Shown: in pieces, positions 29,706 through 39,644 of the stretch
Position numbering within the stretch: the stretch's first letter is position 1
Layout: each line of letters starts with the position of its first letter
Assembly: GCA_050633765.1 (NCBI GenBank)
Contig: JBOEHC010000057.1
Span: 1-49,937 of the forward strand
Direction of reading: 5' to 3'
DNA from: Gammaproteobacteria bacterium
GTDB taxonomy: Bacteria; Pseudomonadota; Gammaproteobacteria; UBA4575
DNA: 49,937 bases
Position numbers and translations under genes: made by a program
The notes under the pieces: generated by a model
Database searches by the model: none
The model's input: the letters and a program-made list of their open reading frames with translations, nothing else
What the model was told of the DNA's origin: nothing

Positions 29706-30920
29706 TTACTTTCTATATTGTAATACTGAAAGCGAACCATTATTTGCAAGCACATATGCACGATCATCAATAACTATGGGTGCTATCTCAATTCGATCTC
29801 CTGCCACATTGTCGCGACCGATAATTTTTCCATCTTCTTTACTTAGCCAATGAAGATAACCTTTGAAATCACCGACAACAATATAATTGCCCATTACTTG
29901 AGGAGCAGTGAGCTCTCTATATAATAATTTATCTTGTCGCCATATGGTTGCACCTGTCGAGATATCTAATCCCCAAATACTATCATCCGCATCGGATACA
30001 TATACATGCTCACTATCTACACTTAAACCAGCATAAGATGAAAGTTCTTTGGTCCATAAATTTTTACCCGTATCAAAATCAATTGCTACAACGCGCCCAT
30101 TAAAGCTCGCCGCAAATACAATACCATCAAGATATGCAAACTCGCCATCCACATCTGACATGCGCTCTAACTCTGAGCGTCCTTTAGGTGTGGAAACAGG
30201 AACTTCCCATACCGTTTCTCCATCACGTATATTTATGGCCATTAATTTACCGTCATCGAAACCGACTAGAACCAATTCACCTATAACTTTCGGTTGACTC
30301 GCACCACGCAATGTCAAGGGTGGAGCCCCTCTGCCAGCACTCCAAATAATCGCCCCTGTATTTAAATCAATTGCATGTACTTTACTGTCATTAGTTCGGG
30401 TAACGATGACTCCATACTTTGCCTCAGACAGTGACATCACTTCACTTGGTACGTTTACGCGCCAGCGTTCCTCACCATCTTCTGCACTTAATGCAATGAC
30501 TTCACCATTCTCTGTTCCGATAGCAACAATGTCTTCACCACCGTTCACCCCACCAGAAATGGCTTCTTTAAGATCAACAGACCATAAACGTTTACCATCA
30601 TCGCGCTGCCATGCTTCTACGCGACCTTCAGCATCGCTTAGGTAAACACGACTATCGGTAATATAAGGTCGTATTTTGTTGTAGGATTCTTCTAAACTAC
30701 CAACGGAATTGCGCCACACCTGCTGCACTTTAACTTTCTCAGCTTCTATATTGGTTAGTTTTGCAGGCTCTCTTGGATCTTCTTCTTTCTCAAACCACTC
30801 TTTAGGTTTACTCAAAAAGCTACAACCTACAAGCTGCATGCAACAAGCAATGATAATTACTAATAATAGATTGATGCGATAATTTGTCACAGTTGTATGC
30901 GACCCACTGAAAATATTCAA
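29706..30920 (-). CDS. bamB: Outer membrane protein assembly factor BamB
   Basis: 404 aa. Lipobox LVGCSF and PQQ-like beta-propeller repeats. TTG start. Conserved yfgM-bamB-der order. Confidence 0.88.
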   Translation of the reverse strand: MNIFSGSHTTVTNYRINLLLVIIIACCMQLVGCSFLSKPKEWFEKEEDPREPAKLTNIEAEKVKVQQVWRNSVGSLEESYNKIRPYITDSRVYLSDAEGRVEAWQRDDGKRLWSVDLKEAISGGVNGGEDIVAIGTENGEVIALSAEDGEERWRVNVPSEVMSLSEAKYGVIVTRTNDSKVHAIDLNTGAIIWSAGRGAPPLTLRGASQPKVIGELVLVGFDDGKLMAINIRDGETVWEVPVSTPKGRSELERMSDVDGEFAYLDGIVFAASFNGRVVAIDFDTGKNLWTKELSSYAGLSVDSEHVYVSDADDSIWGLDISTGATIWRQDKLLYRELTAPQVMGNYIVVGDFKGYLHWLSKEDGKIIGRDNVAGDRIEIAPIVIDDRAYVLANNGSLSVLQYRK

Positions 30921-31544
30921 TTAACTTCCTAAGTCATTACGCTTAAGCTGCAGATACTCCACCCCGCCACCACTGGCAAACTGCATAGCCTGATCATAAG
31001 CCTCTTTAGCCTGCTCTATTTCACCTTTAGCAACAAAAATATCACCACGAATCTCATTTACTAATGATTTATATGCATCAGACATACCGTTATTAATCAT
31101 TACCTGAGCTTCATCAATTTTATTTTCTGCTAGTAGCAAACGCGCTAGCCGTATACGCGCAACATTTTGCACCGTATCTTGTTTACTATTACTTAATACC
31201 CACCGCAAACTATCTTCTGCAGCAGCATTTTCACCTTTATCAATTTGATTTTTTGCTTGATGCAATACAGCAAGTGGCGCATAAGGTGTTGACGCATAAC
31301 TTTCACGCAATGTATTCGTTTTTTCTTGCAATACACTTGTATCATTTGTATTTACAGCTTCTTGGACAATTGCAAAAATATCCGATGCTTCTGCAGCTTG
31401 CTTTTCTAGGTGCCAATTCCATCCACGCCAACCGACTAATGCGGATATACCTAATACCGCACCACCGATCACTGCAATGCCATTTTGTTTCCACCACTCT
31501 TTTAGTGCTTCAACTTGTTGTTCTTCTGTTTCGTAATCAGCCAT
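30921..31544 (-). CDS. yfgM: YfgM-like membrane-anchored TPR protein (ancillary SecYEG partner)
   Basis: 207 aa. N-terminal EEQQVEALKEWWKQNG followed by a TM, then a TPR-like C-terminus. Confidence 0.8.
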   Translation of the reverse strand: MADYETEEQQVEALKEWWKQNGIAVIGGAVLGISALVGWRGWNWHLEKQAAEASDIFAIVQEAVNTNDTSVLQEKTNTLRESYASTPYAPLAVLHQAKNQIDKGENAAAEDSLRWVLSNSKQDTVQNVARIRLARLLLAENKIDEAQVMINNGMSDAYKSLVNEIRGDIFVAKGEIEQAKEAYDQAMQFASGGGVEYLQLKRNDLGS

Positions 31545-31561
31545 TTCCGCCTACTTCTTGT

Positions 31562-32851
31562 TTATTCTTGATTGATATAGTTTTCCAGAAAAGCCACTGA
31601 ATCACTTTGTGAAATAATTTCCTGATCACGCTTTTCACGCATGAATTTCACTGTGACCGTTTGGTTTTTCAATTCATCTTCACCCAAAATAAAAGCCAGC
31701 CTAGCTTGTGACTTATCGGCTCGCTTCATCTGTGATTTTATACTACCTCCACCACAATTTGTTACCACAGAAGATATAGGCAGCTGGCTACGTATTTGAG
31801 AAGCTAACTGCATACCGGCTATTTCTGCTGCTTCACCCATGAGCACCATATAAGCATCAATTCTAGAAATATCTGCTAATACCTGAACTTGCTGCGTACC
31901 CTCAAGCAATGATGCCAATCTTTCCAAGCCAATCGCAAAACCTGCTGCTGGACAGGGTTTACCACCTAGTTGATCCACCAAGCCATCGTATCGCCCACCT
32001 GCACATATCGTTGCTTGAGCACCCAATCCTTCAGCAACCCATTCAAATACCGTTTTACTATAATAGTCCAAGCCACGTACTAGCCGCGGATTAATAGTGT
32101 ATTCAATATTTGCAGCATCAAGCATTTTTTGTAATTGTAAAAAATGCTCGGCAGACTCAGCATCCAAATGCTCCAACAAACTCGGCGCATTTTGAATCAT
32201 TTCCTGCATATCAGAATTTTTACTATCCAAAATACGCAATGGGTTGGTTAATAAACGTTGCTGTGCCTCTTTATCCAATTTATCTTCGTGCTCTTGAAAA
32301 TAAGCAATAAGTTTTTCTCGATACTGTTTGCGCGCTTGCGAAGAGCCTAAGCTATTTATCTCTAATCTAGGCTGCATAGGAAGATTGATATTCTTCCACA
32401 TATGAGCAGATAAAATAATTAGCTCAGCATCAATATCAGGCCCAACAAAACCAAATGTTTCTACGCCAAGCTGATGAAACTGTCGATATCGACCTTTTTG
32501 TGGACGTTCGTGACGAAAAAAAGGTCCGCAATACCAAAGCCGTTGTGGTTGACCATACAAGAACCCATGTTGAATACCTGCACGCACACAACTTGCCGTT
32601 CCCTCCGGACGTAATGTCAAACTATCTCCATTACGATCTTCAAAGGTGTACATTTCTTTTTCAACTATATCGGTCACTTCACCCAAAGAGCGTTTAAATA
32701 GCTCTGTTTGCTCAAGCAATGGCATGCGTATTTCCTGATAACCATACTGTTGCAATACATCTTGCGTTGTTTGTTCGATTACACGCAGTACACCACTTTC
32801 AGGTGGTAAAACATCATGCATACCGCGAATGGATTGGATTCGCTTAGACAT
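31562..32851 (-). CDS. hisS: Histidine--tRNA ligase
   Basis: 429 aa. GMHD, class II motifs (FRHERPQKGRYRQF, GGGRYD) and an anticodon-binding C-terminus. Confidence 0.95.
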   Translation of the reverse strand: MSKRIQSIRGMHDVLPPESGVLRVIEQTTQDVLQQYGYQEIRMPLLEQTELFKRSLGEVTDIVEKEMYTFEDRNGDSLTLRPEGTASCVRAGIQHGFLYGQPQRLWYCGPFFRHERPQKGRYRQFHQLGVETFGFVGPDIDAELIILSAHMWKNINLPMQPRLEINSLGSSQARKQYREKLIAYFQEHEDKLDKEAQQRLLTNPLRILDSKNSDMQEMIQNAPSLLEHLDAESAEHFLQLQKMLDAANIEYTINPRLVRGLDYYSKTVFEWVAEGLGAQATICAGGRYDGLVDQLGGKPCPAAGFAIGLERLASLLEGTQQVQVLADISRIDAYMVLMGEAAEIAGMQLASQIRSQLPISSVVTNCGGGSIKSQMKRADKSQARLAFILGEDELKNQTVTVKFMREKRDQEIISQSDSVAFLENYINQE

Positions 32852-32889
32852 TAGGATTTATAAATCTCTGATTTATTCGGAAAGGAATT

Positions 32890-33867
32890 TTAGTTAAGCG
32901 AGGTACTTGATATCTGAAACCGTGCTGTTCGATTACTTCTACTGTATTGTGAATGATCAAAATAAAGTCCATTAATCTCAATTACTACACCAGGCGCATT
33001 GCCTAAAAATATTTCAAACGGTGGTTTACCATTCAAGTCTCTCACGACTCCTGGCTCAATCAAACCTTGCATCAAAGTGTTCGAATCAGCATCTCTGATT
33101 TCTGTCCAACTTTTCTCCACATAGGTAACTGTAAGTACTTGCGCACCTTCAATGGAACTTACAAGCGTGGGATTTTGCGATGCTTCTTCCATCGCATGCT
33201 GCTGGTCAGCAGTGATTACTTCTGTTTCACTATCAGTCACCTGTCCCAACATCTGTCTAGCTCCTGCTGTAGACGATCGAGCAGTAGTTTCGTTAATTGC
33301 TAAATCCTCACTTGCGTCCAATTCTTCGGAGCTAGCTTCTTGATCTATCGATACTTCTTCACTAGGTAATAAAGATTCGCCAGCATGAGTATTATCTGCT
33401 CTGTTACTCTCCATTACGTTTTCATTACTAACGAGCTCAATACTCTGTCCAGACAAAGTATTGTACTCAAACCACCAGGTAATAACTAAACCAAATAAAA
33501 TACTGAATACGGCAGCCGTGCTCCACAAAATTGCCGGATCGTAACTGTGTGCCGATCTCGTAGGAGCCTCAACAACAGGTTCACAGTGATGTTGTTCAAT
33601 ATATAATTTTGCTAATCCTTCTTCGTTTACGCCCACCAAGCGCGCATAATTTCGCAAATAACCACGAACATAAGTAGCCCCCGGAAGATTGTCATAATCA
33701 TCCGTTTCCAGTGCTTGAATAATGTTAACCGGTAAATTAATTTGCTCTGCTATATCCGCTTGACTTAATGCAGCAGCATTACGCGCATTAACCAATATTG
33801 CACCGATACTTACGGTTTTTTTAGATAGCCCTTCTGTAGCTGAGTTATTGTTGTTTGTTTCCTGCAT
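32890..33867 (-). CDS. rodZ: Cytoskeleton protein RodZ
   Basis: 325 aa. N-terminal HTH (LSQADIAEQINLP...LE), YVRGYLRNYA, one TM and a C-terminal DUF4115-like domain. Confidence 0.85.
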   Translation of the reverse strand: MQETNNNNSATEGLSKKTVSIGAILVNARNAAALSQADIAEQINLPVNIIQALETDDYDNLPGATYVRGYLRNYARLVGVNEEGLAKLYIEQHHCEPVVEAPTRSAHSYDPAILWSTAAVFSILFGLVITWWFEYNTLSGQSIELVSNENVMESNRADNTHAGESLLPSEEVSIDQEASSEELDASEDLAINETTARSSTAGARQMLGQVTDSETEVITADQQHAMEEASQNPTLVSSIEGAQVLTVTYVEKSWTEIRDADSNTLMQGLIEPGVVRDLNGKPPFEIFLGNAPGVVIEINGLYFDHSQYSRSNRTARFQISSTSLN

Positions 33868-34627
33868 TCCAATAACTTTCTGCTAATAATCTTGCCTCTT
33901 GAGAGGCTGGGAATAATCTTTTCAGTTGATGCGCATAGTCATCCGCTTTACCTTGATTACCTAGACTCGCTTCTGTTTGGTATGCTGCCCACAAGGATTT
34001 TGAATCATGTTTCGCTACACTCTCATATTTTCGAAAATAAAACGAAGCTTGCTCATATTCTTGGTTTTCAAATGACAGCAAGCCCATTTGATATAACGCT
34101 GATCGTTGCGAAGCATTACGTTCTAGCGATTTCTGAAAGTACTCTGCTGCTTTAACTTTATCAGGAATCTTTAACATACAAGTTCCTGCATTTGCGTAGG
34201 CAGAAGATGCTTCAGAATATAATGGATTTTTAATTGCCTTGAGAAACTCTTTTTCAGCTTCTAATACACGGTCTCGATTACACAAAAACGTTCCGTAATT
34301 ATTATGTGCTTTAGAATCTTTGGGATCTAATGAAATTGCCTTACGGAAATGTTTTTCTGCAACTTCATATTCTCCCAAGCGTTCTTGCAATAAAGCAAAG
34401 ACCCAGTTCGCGGTTGCAGAATTTGGATTTTGTTTTAGTGCACGACGCAATTTTTCGTCAGCTAGCTTGTATTCACCCTTACCAAAATAGCGCACGCCTA
34501 GCTGGACATTAATCTCAGCAGCTTTTTGATTTTCAGACTGCGGGATATCTGTATTTGATGTTGCGCATGCCGAAACTAGCAGCAATAGCGTACTTAATAT
34601 AAATAGATTTCGTAATACTAGGCGCAT
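33845..34627 (-). CDS. pilW: Type IV pilus biogenesis/stability TPR lipoprotein PilW (PilF)
   Basis: 260 aa. Lipobox LLVSAC and TPR repeats. Conserved position between rlmN and rodZ. Confidence 0.8.
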   Translation of the reverse strand: MRLVLRNLFILSTLLLLVSACATSNTDIPQSENQKAAEINVQLGVRYFGKGEYKLADEKLRRALKQNPNSATANWVFALLQERLGEYEVAEKHFRKAISLDPKDSKAHNNYGTFLCNRDRVLEAEKEFLKAIKNPLYSEASSAYANAGTCMLKIPDKVKAAEYFQKSLERNASQRSALYQMGLLSFENQEYEQASFYFRKYESVAKHDSKSLWAAYQTEASLGNQGKADDYAHQLKRLFPASQEARLLAESYWNAGNKQQ

Positions 34628-35766
34628 GCGACCTCTACCTTATGTTTTAAAAGATCTGCTTCATAGAGTTTTTCGTAATGACGTTTGCGCTTTGCCTGAT
34701 CTTGTATGTCACCCGCTAATTGGCCACAGGCTGCTGCAATATCTTCCCCTCTAGGGCGGCGGGTAATTGTGGTAATTCCTGCAGTCTGCATAATCTCCTT
34801 AAACACTTCAATGGATCGATCAGATGATCGTTGATAACCAGAATTAGGAAATGCATTAAAGGGAATAAGATTTACCTTAGAAGGCAAAGATTTTATTACC
34901 TTAACTAGTTGCTCAGCATGTTCTGGTTGATCATTTACTTGATCTAACATTACATACTCAAAAGTAATGCTGTGCTTACGATTTTTATCATCTAAAAAAC
35001 GATGACAAGCCGCCATTAATTCAGTTATAGGGTAGCGTCGATTTAAAGGCACTAATTGATTTCGTATTTCATCGTTTGGTGCATGCAATGAAACGGCTAA
35101 ACTAACATCTAATGCTTCACGCAACTTATCAATCTTTGGAACCAAACCTGAAGTGCTAACTGTAACTTTTCGCTTACCTAAACCATATGCATTGTCATCC
35201 ATCATGATCTGAATAGACTTAACCACGTTATCAAAATTTGCCAAGGGTTCGCCCATTCCCATAAATACCACATTGCTGATAACGCGCGACTTACTTAATT
35301 GCTTTCGTAAACGATGCTCAGCAAACCATAGTTGGCCAATAATCTGCGCCGATGTAAGGTTACCTGCAAAACCTTGTCTTGCAGTTGCACAGAAAGTGCA
35401 ATCCAGTATGCAACCTACCTGTGACGACACACATAAGGTAGCCCTATCTTCTTCAGGAATATAAACCGTCTCTACTGCATTTTTTTCATCAATGCGTAGC
35501 AACCATTTTCTTGTGCTATCGGTTGATACTTCTTCACTAATCATCTCAGGCATGTGTATTTGTGCATTTTCACTCAACCAATCACGCAAAGACTTGCTGA
35601 GATTCGTCATTTGCTCATAATTCGTGACACCCTGTTGATGCGTCCATTTCATAACCTGTGTAGCACGAAAAGGTTTTTCACCCGTAACAGAAAAATATTG
35701 CGCAAGATCTTGATGAGGCATACCCATTAAATCCTGATTAACAATTTTTTGATCGTTACGCGACAT
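34618..35766 (-). CDS. rlmN: 23S rRNA/tRNA (adenine-C2)-methyltransferase RlmN
   Basis: 382 aa. Radical-SAM CILDCTFCAT and the conserved C-terminal Cys in AACGQL. Confidence 0.93.
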   Translation of the reverse strand: MSRNDQKIVNQDLMGMPHQDLAQYFSVTGEKPFRATQVMKWTHQQGVTNYEQMTNLSKSLRDWLSENAQIHMPEMISEEVSTDSTRKWLLRIDEKNAVETVYIPEEDRATLCVSSQVGCILDCTFCATARQGFAGNLTSAQIIGQLWFAEHRLRKQLSKSRVISNVVFMGMGEPLANFDNVVKSIQIMMDDNAYGLGKRKVTVSTSGLVPKIDKLREALDVSLAVSLHAPNDEIRNQLVPLNRRYPITELMAACHRFLDDKNRKHSITFEYVMLDQVNDQPEHAEQLVKVIKSLPSKVNLIPFNAFPNSGYQRSSDRSIEVFKEIMQTAGITTITRRPRGEDIAAACGQLAGDIQDQAKRKRHYEKLYEADLLKHKVEVACA

Positions 35767-35768
35767 AG

Positions 35769-36221
35769 TTATGGTTGCACTGGTAATTTATAATTTTCAC
35801 GTGGATAGATTTGTCTTTCAGGAAAGAAAAAACCAATTTCGCGCATTGCGTTTTCTGGTGAGTCAGAACCATGCACTGCATTATGCGCATTAGATGTCGC
35901 ATACTTTTCTCTAATGGTGCCTTTCTCAGCACTACCAAACATTGTTGCGCCCATTACTTTCCGATATGTTTTTATTGCATCATTTCCTTCAAGCACTTGC
36001 ACTATCACTGGACCTGAAGTCATAAATTTAATTAAGTAATCGTAAAAATCTTTTCCCTTATGAACTTCATAAAATGAAGCAGCTTGTTTTTTACTTAAAC
36101 GCGTCATCTTTACTGCAATTACTGATAGCCCTACAGATTCAATTTTTGACTGAACATCACCGATTACATTGTTTAGTACTGCATCTGGTTTTATGATGGA
36201 CAGTGTGCGCTCCATTGCCAT
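35769..36221 (-). CDS. ndk: Nucleoside diphosphate kinase
   Basis: 150 aa. MAMERTLSIIKPDAV and the NAVHGSDS active-site His. Confidence 0.95.
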   Translation of the reverse strand: MAMERTLSIIKPDAVLNNVIGDVQSKIESVGLSVIAVKMTRLSKKQAASFYEVHKGKDFYDYLIKFMTSGPVIVQVLEGNDAIKTYRKVMGATMFGSAEKGTIREKYATSNAHNAVHGSDSPENAMREIGFFFPERQIYPRENYKLPVQP

Positions 36222-36423
36222 GTTTATTATTCCCTCTATAAATTAATATGAAATCTAACTAGTAAGGCTTACAGATTGATTTTCCGTAATTTTCCTTGAT
36301 TTTTCAGTGAATTCTACTCCCTGGGAGTAGCGAGAAGCAATGCTTATAAGTAACGAAAAGGAGATGAATTTGCCCGGCTATCCGGCCATGGTTGTACTGC
36401 TTTAGAATGAGCTAAATTTACGC

Positions 36424-36624
36424 TTAATCACGCTCATCTAACCAAGCCATTTGAATCGCTTCGAGAATTTTCTCGTTAGAGGATTCTGGGTCATCCTGAA
36501 ACTCTTCCAATGCACAAATCCAGGTATGTAAGTCTGTATATCGCACATATTGAGGATCCACATCGGGATGCGCCTCATCCAATGCAATGGCAATATCCAG
36601 CGAATCTGTCCATTTCAGTTCCAT
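36424..36624 (-). CDS. iscX: Fe-S assembly protein IscX
   Basis: 66 aa, acidic. The [11 protein letters not shown] start and the position after fdx fit IscX. Confidence 0.85.
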   Translation of the reverse strand: MELKWTDSLDIAIALDEAHPDVDPQYVRYTDLHTWICALEEFQDDPESSNEKILEAIQMAWLDERD

Positions 36625-36666
36625 ACTAGCTCCTCAAATATGAATGATTTATTGTTGTTTGGTACG

Positions 36667-36791
36667 TGAAAATTGCAGATTTTGTTTCGAGATGAGGCGC
36701 GCGGCTTTTGAGAAGCACAGTTTACATAGATGTAAATGAGCATCGGAAAAAGCTGCTGCAACGAAATATCGGGACAAAGGGTGCATTTTCA
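36667..36791. repeat. Copy A of the ~120-bp imperfect-palindrome intergenic repeat family
   Basis: Outer arms TGAAAATTGCA / TGCATTTTCA, inner arms TTTGTTTCGA / TCGGGACAAA, central hairpin GTTTACAT..ATGTAAAT. Shares long blocks with copy B. It fills the fdx|iscX spacer. Confidence 0.75.
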
Positions 36792-37127
36792 ATGGTTTTC
36801 TGAAACCATGTTTATGGTGTACTTAGGAATTTCAATCAGCAAGTCTTCTTTACCGACAATTGCCTGACAACTCAAACGAGAATCAGGCTCAAGACCCCAA
36901 GCTTTATCCAGGTAATCTTCTTCATTTTCTTCCGCATCAGCCAATGAATCCAGCCCTTCCCGCACATAAACATGGCATGTTGTACACGCACAAGACTTCT
37001 CACAGGCATGCTCGATTTCTATATCATTTGACAATGCAGCATCACATATACTTACACCCGGCTCTACCTCAATGACTTTACCCTCAGGACAAATTTCTTC
37101 ATGCGGCATTATTTTAATAGTAGGCAT
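36789..37127 (-). CDS. fdx: ISC-type [2Fe-2S] ferredoxin
   Basis: 112 aa. C....C..C...C cluster ligands (CEKSCACTTCH ... C). Follows hscA. Confidence 0.93.
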   Translation of the reverse strand: MPTIKIMPHEEICPEGKVIEVEPGVSICDAALSNDIEIEHACEKSCACTTCHVYVREGLDSLADAEENEEDYLDKAWGLEPDSRLSCQAIVGKEDLLIEIPKYTINMVSENH

Positions 37128-37150
37128 TGCTCATACTCTTTCTTTAAAAT

Positions 37151-39025
37151 TTACTGTTCAAATTCTTCTGGACGATGACCTTTCATTACTTGCTGCACAC
37201 TGCGATTCATACGACGCGCAATAAATTCTTCACTTTCACTTTCTAAATCTTTAATAGCCTGCATAATTAGCTCACCATCTTCGGCTTGCCGTGCATTTAG
37301 TAATAAACTTTTAGCTTGTTCAATGTTAGCGAATTCTTCCTTTGTCAGTAACTCACCATCTTTTTCAAGCGCAGATCGCAATGCTTCTAGCACTCGATCC
37401 GCCTCAACTTGCTGCTCAGCCAGTTGTCGAACGCGCATATCATCTTCCGCATAAGTAAACGAATCTTTCAACATCGTTTCAATTTCAGTATCCGTTAAAC
37501 CGTAAGAAGGCTTCACTTCAATACTGGCACGTGAGCCACTACTTTCCTCTTCTGCACTGACACTCAACAAACCATCTGCATCCACCTGAAACGTCACTTT
37601 GATATGCGCTGCACCTGCCACCATAGGAGGAATGTTAGTTAAATCAAATGTAGCCAAGGAGCGGCAGTCCGCTACTTTCTCTCGCTCACCCTGCAAGACA
37701 TGTACTCGCATTGCCGTTTGCCCATCTTTGAAAGTAGTAAATTTTTGCGCCATAGTGACCGGGATTGCCGTGTTTCGATCCACAATCTTTTCCACTAGCT
37801 CACCCATCGTCTCGATGCCTAATGACAATGGCAGCACATCCAATAACAACATTTCTTCATCTGGGTTATTACCTGCTAATTTATTGGCTTGCTGCGCAGC
37901 ACCAATAGCAACCACTTTATCAGGATCAATATTGGTTAAGGGAGGCTTATTAAAAAATTCTGCCACTTTGTTTCGAACATAAGGTGTACGCGTTGAACCG
38001 CCCACCATCACCACATTCTGAACATCAGCTGCTTCAATATCTGCTTCACGCATGGTTTTTCTACACCATGCAATAGTTTTACTAATATGAGCTTCGATTA
38101 ATGCCTCAAATTGCTCACGCTGCAAAGTGGTTTCGAATTTATGTGCATAATTTAATTGCACACCAATCAGCACTTCTTCTTTGTCACTCAAAACTTCTTT
38201 GCTGCGACGTGCTTCCTGCATGACACGCCTCATCATTTGATGATCATCATTGGCGTCTACATTTGCTTGCTTTAATATCCATGCCGCTATTTCACGATCA
38301 AAATCATCGCCACCCAAAGCAGTATCACCACCTGTTGATAACACTTCAAAAACACCTTTGGTAAGTTTTAATATTGAAATATCAAATGTCCCACCTCCCA
38401 AATCATAAATTGCTGTGACGCCTTCAGCCTGTTGATCCAACCCATAGGCTACCGCTGCTGCAGTAGGTTCATTCAATAAACGAAATACATTTAATCCTGC
38501 CAAGGTAGCTGAGTCTTTCGTCGCTTGTCGTTGTGCATCATCAAAATAAGCCGGTACCGTAATAACCACCCCCACAAGCTCTCCACCTAAACTAGCTTCG
38601 GCGCGCAGGCGCAAATGTTTAAGAATCTCAGCTGACACCTGAATGGCAGTAACCGCACCGGCTACTGTATCGATACGCGGGACATTACTATCATGATCTA
38701 TAAAATTATAAGGAAGATAACCTTCAATGGTTGCTAAATCGCTAACCGATCGACCCATTAAGCGCTTAACTGAAGCAAGCGTATTCAATGGATCAGTCGT
38801 TGCATGAGACAAAGCAGCTGAACCTACTTCTATCTCACCATTGTCGGTATAACGCACCACAGAAGGCAGAGCATGCTCGCCCTCCTGGTTGGCAAGTGTT
38901 TCCACCACTCCACTACGTACCGTTGCCACTAGAGAATTAGTTGTGCCCAAATCAATACCAACCGCCAACCTGTGCTCATGTGGTGCGGTCGACTGACCGG
39001 GTTCTGAAATTTGTAGTAACGCCAT
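37151..39025 (-). CDS. hscA: Fe-S cluster chaperone HscA (Hsp70 class)
   Basis: 624 aa. [17 protein letters not shown] and isc operon context. Confidence 0.95.
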   Translation of the reverse strand: MALLQISEPGQSTAPHEHRLAVGIDLGTTNSLVATVRSGVVETLANQEGEHALPSVVRYTDNGEIEVGSAALSHATTDPLNTLASVKRLMGRSVSDLATIEGYLPYNFIDHDSNVPRIDTVAGAVTAIQVSAEILKHLRLRAEASLGGELVGVVITVPAYFDDAQRQATKDSATLAGLNVFRLLNEPTAAAVAYGLDQQAEGVTAIYDLGGGTFDISILKLTKGVFEVLSTGGDTALGGDDFDREIAAWILKQANVDANDDHQMMRRVMQEARRSKEVLSDKEEVLIGVQLNYAHKFETTLQREQFEALIEAHISKTIAWCRKTMREADIEAADVQNVVMVGGSTRTPYVRNKVAEFFNKPPLTNIDPDKVVAIGAAQQANKLAGNNPDEEMLLLDVLPLSLGIETMGELVEKIVDRNTAIPVTMAQKFTTFKDGQTAMRVHVLQGEREKVADCRSLATFDLTNIPPMVAGAAHIKVTFQVDADGLLSVSAEEESSGSRASIEVKPSYGLTDTEIETMLKDSFTYAEDDMRVRQLAEQQVEADRVLEALRSALEKDGELLTKEEFANIEQAKSLLLNARQAEDGELIMQAIKDLESESEEFIARRMNRSVQQVMKGHRPEEFEQ

Positions 39026-39058
39026 ATTCGTGAACTCTGAAATAAATCAGATTCTTCT

Positions 39059-39610
39059 TTATAATAATTCTTCTTCGTGCTGTTCTTGTTTTTTACGCAC
39101 CTGATTCGTTAAGCGCTCATAGAATTGTAGTTTCAATGCTATTTCTTTTGCGCTCTCAAGTTCTTTATTTTTATATTGGACAGAAAATTCAGAAGACAAT
39201 TGCTGTTGCTCTTTCTTTAATTGTTTTGTTAATACCCCTAAGCGATCCAGTGCTATTTGAGGACTATCAACATTTCCCACATCCTCTACTTGCTCATGCA
39301 ATTCCATAGTTTGCATTAAGAATTCACTATCGCTCGAAGTTTCTGTGTCTGCGTTGAATTCAATATCACTTAACTTCAAAAGATAGTGCGAACGCTTAAG
39401 ATCATTTTTTAAGGTTGTATAAGCTTCATTTATATATGCAGTAGTTTGCACTGAAATTCGACGCTCTTGATCAGTTGCATTAACAAAACGATCGGGGTGA
39501 AATTCACTTTGCAATACTCGATACTTCTCTGCCAGTTTCTCTTGATCAATCTCAAACGATTCTGAAAAACCAAACAGCTCGAAAAAATTCCGAGTAAGAT
39601 CAATATTCAT
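39059..39610 (-). CDS. hscB: Fe-S cluster co-chaperone HscB
   Basis: 183 aa. J-domain with HPD (FHPDRF) and a helical C-domain. Confidence 0.9.
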   Translation of the reverse strand: MNIDLTRNFFELFGFSESFEIDQEKLAEKYRVLQSEFHPDRFVNATDQERRISVQTTAYINEAYTTLKNDLKRSHYLLKLSDIEFNADTETSSDSEFLMQTMELHEQVEDVGNVDSPQIALDRLGVLTKQLKKEQQQLSSEFSVQYKNKELESAKEIALKLQFYERLTNQVRKKQEQHEEELL

Positions 39611-39644
39611 ACTTGAAGACCAAAAAGAAGTTCGCGATTAATCT

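Noticed and set aside
36316-36332. The hairpin CTACTCC-CTG-GGAGTAG as the rho-independent terminator of the isc operon
   Set aside because: No U-tract follows it on the transcribed (minus) strand.
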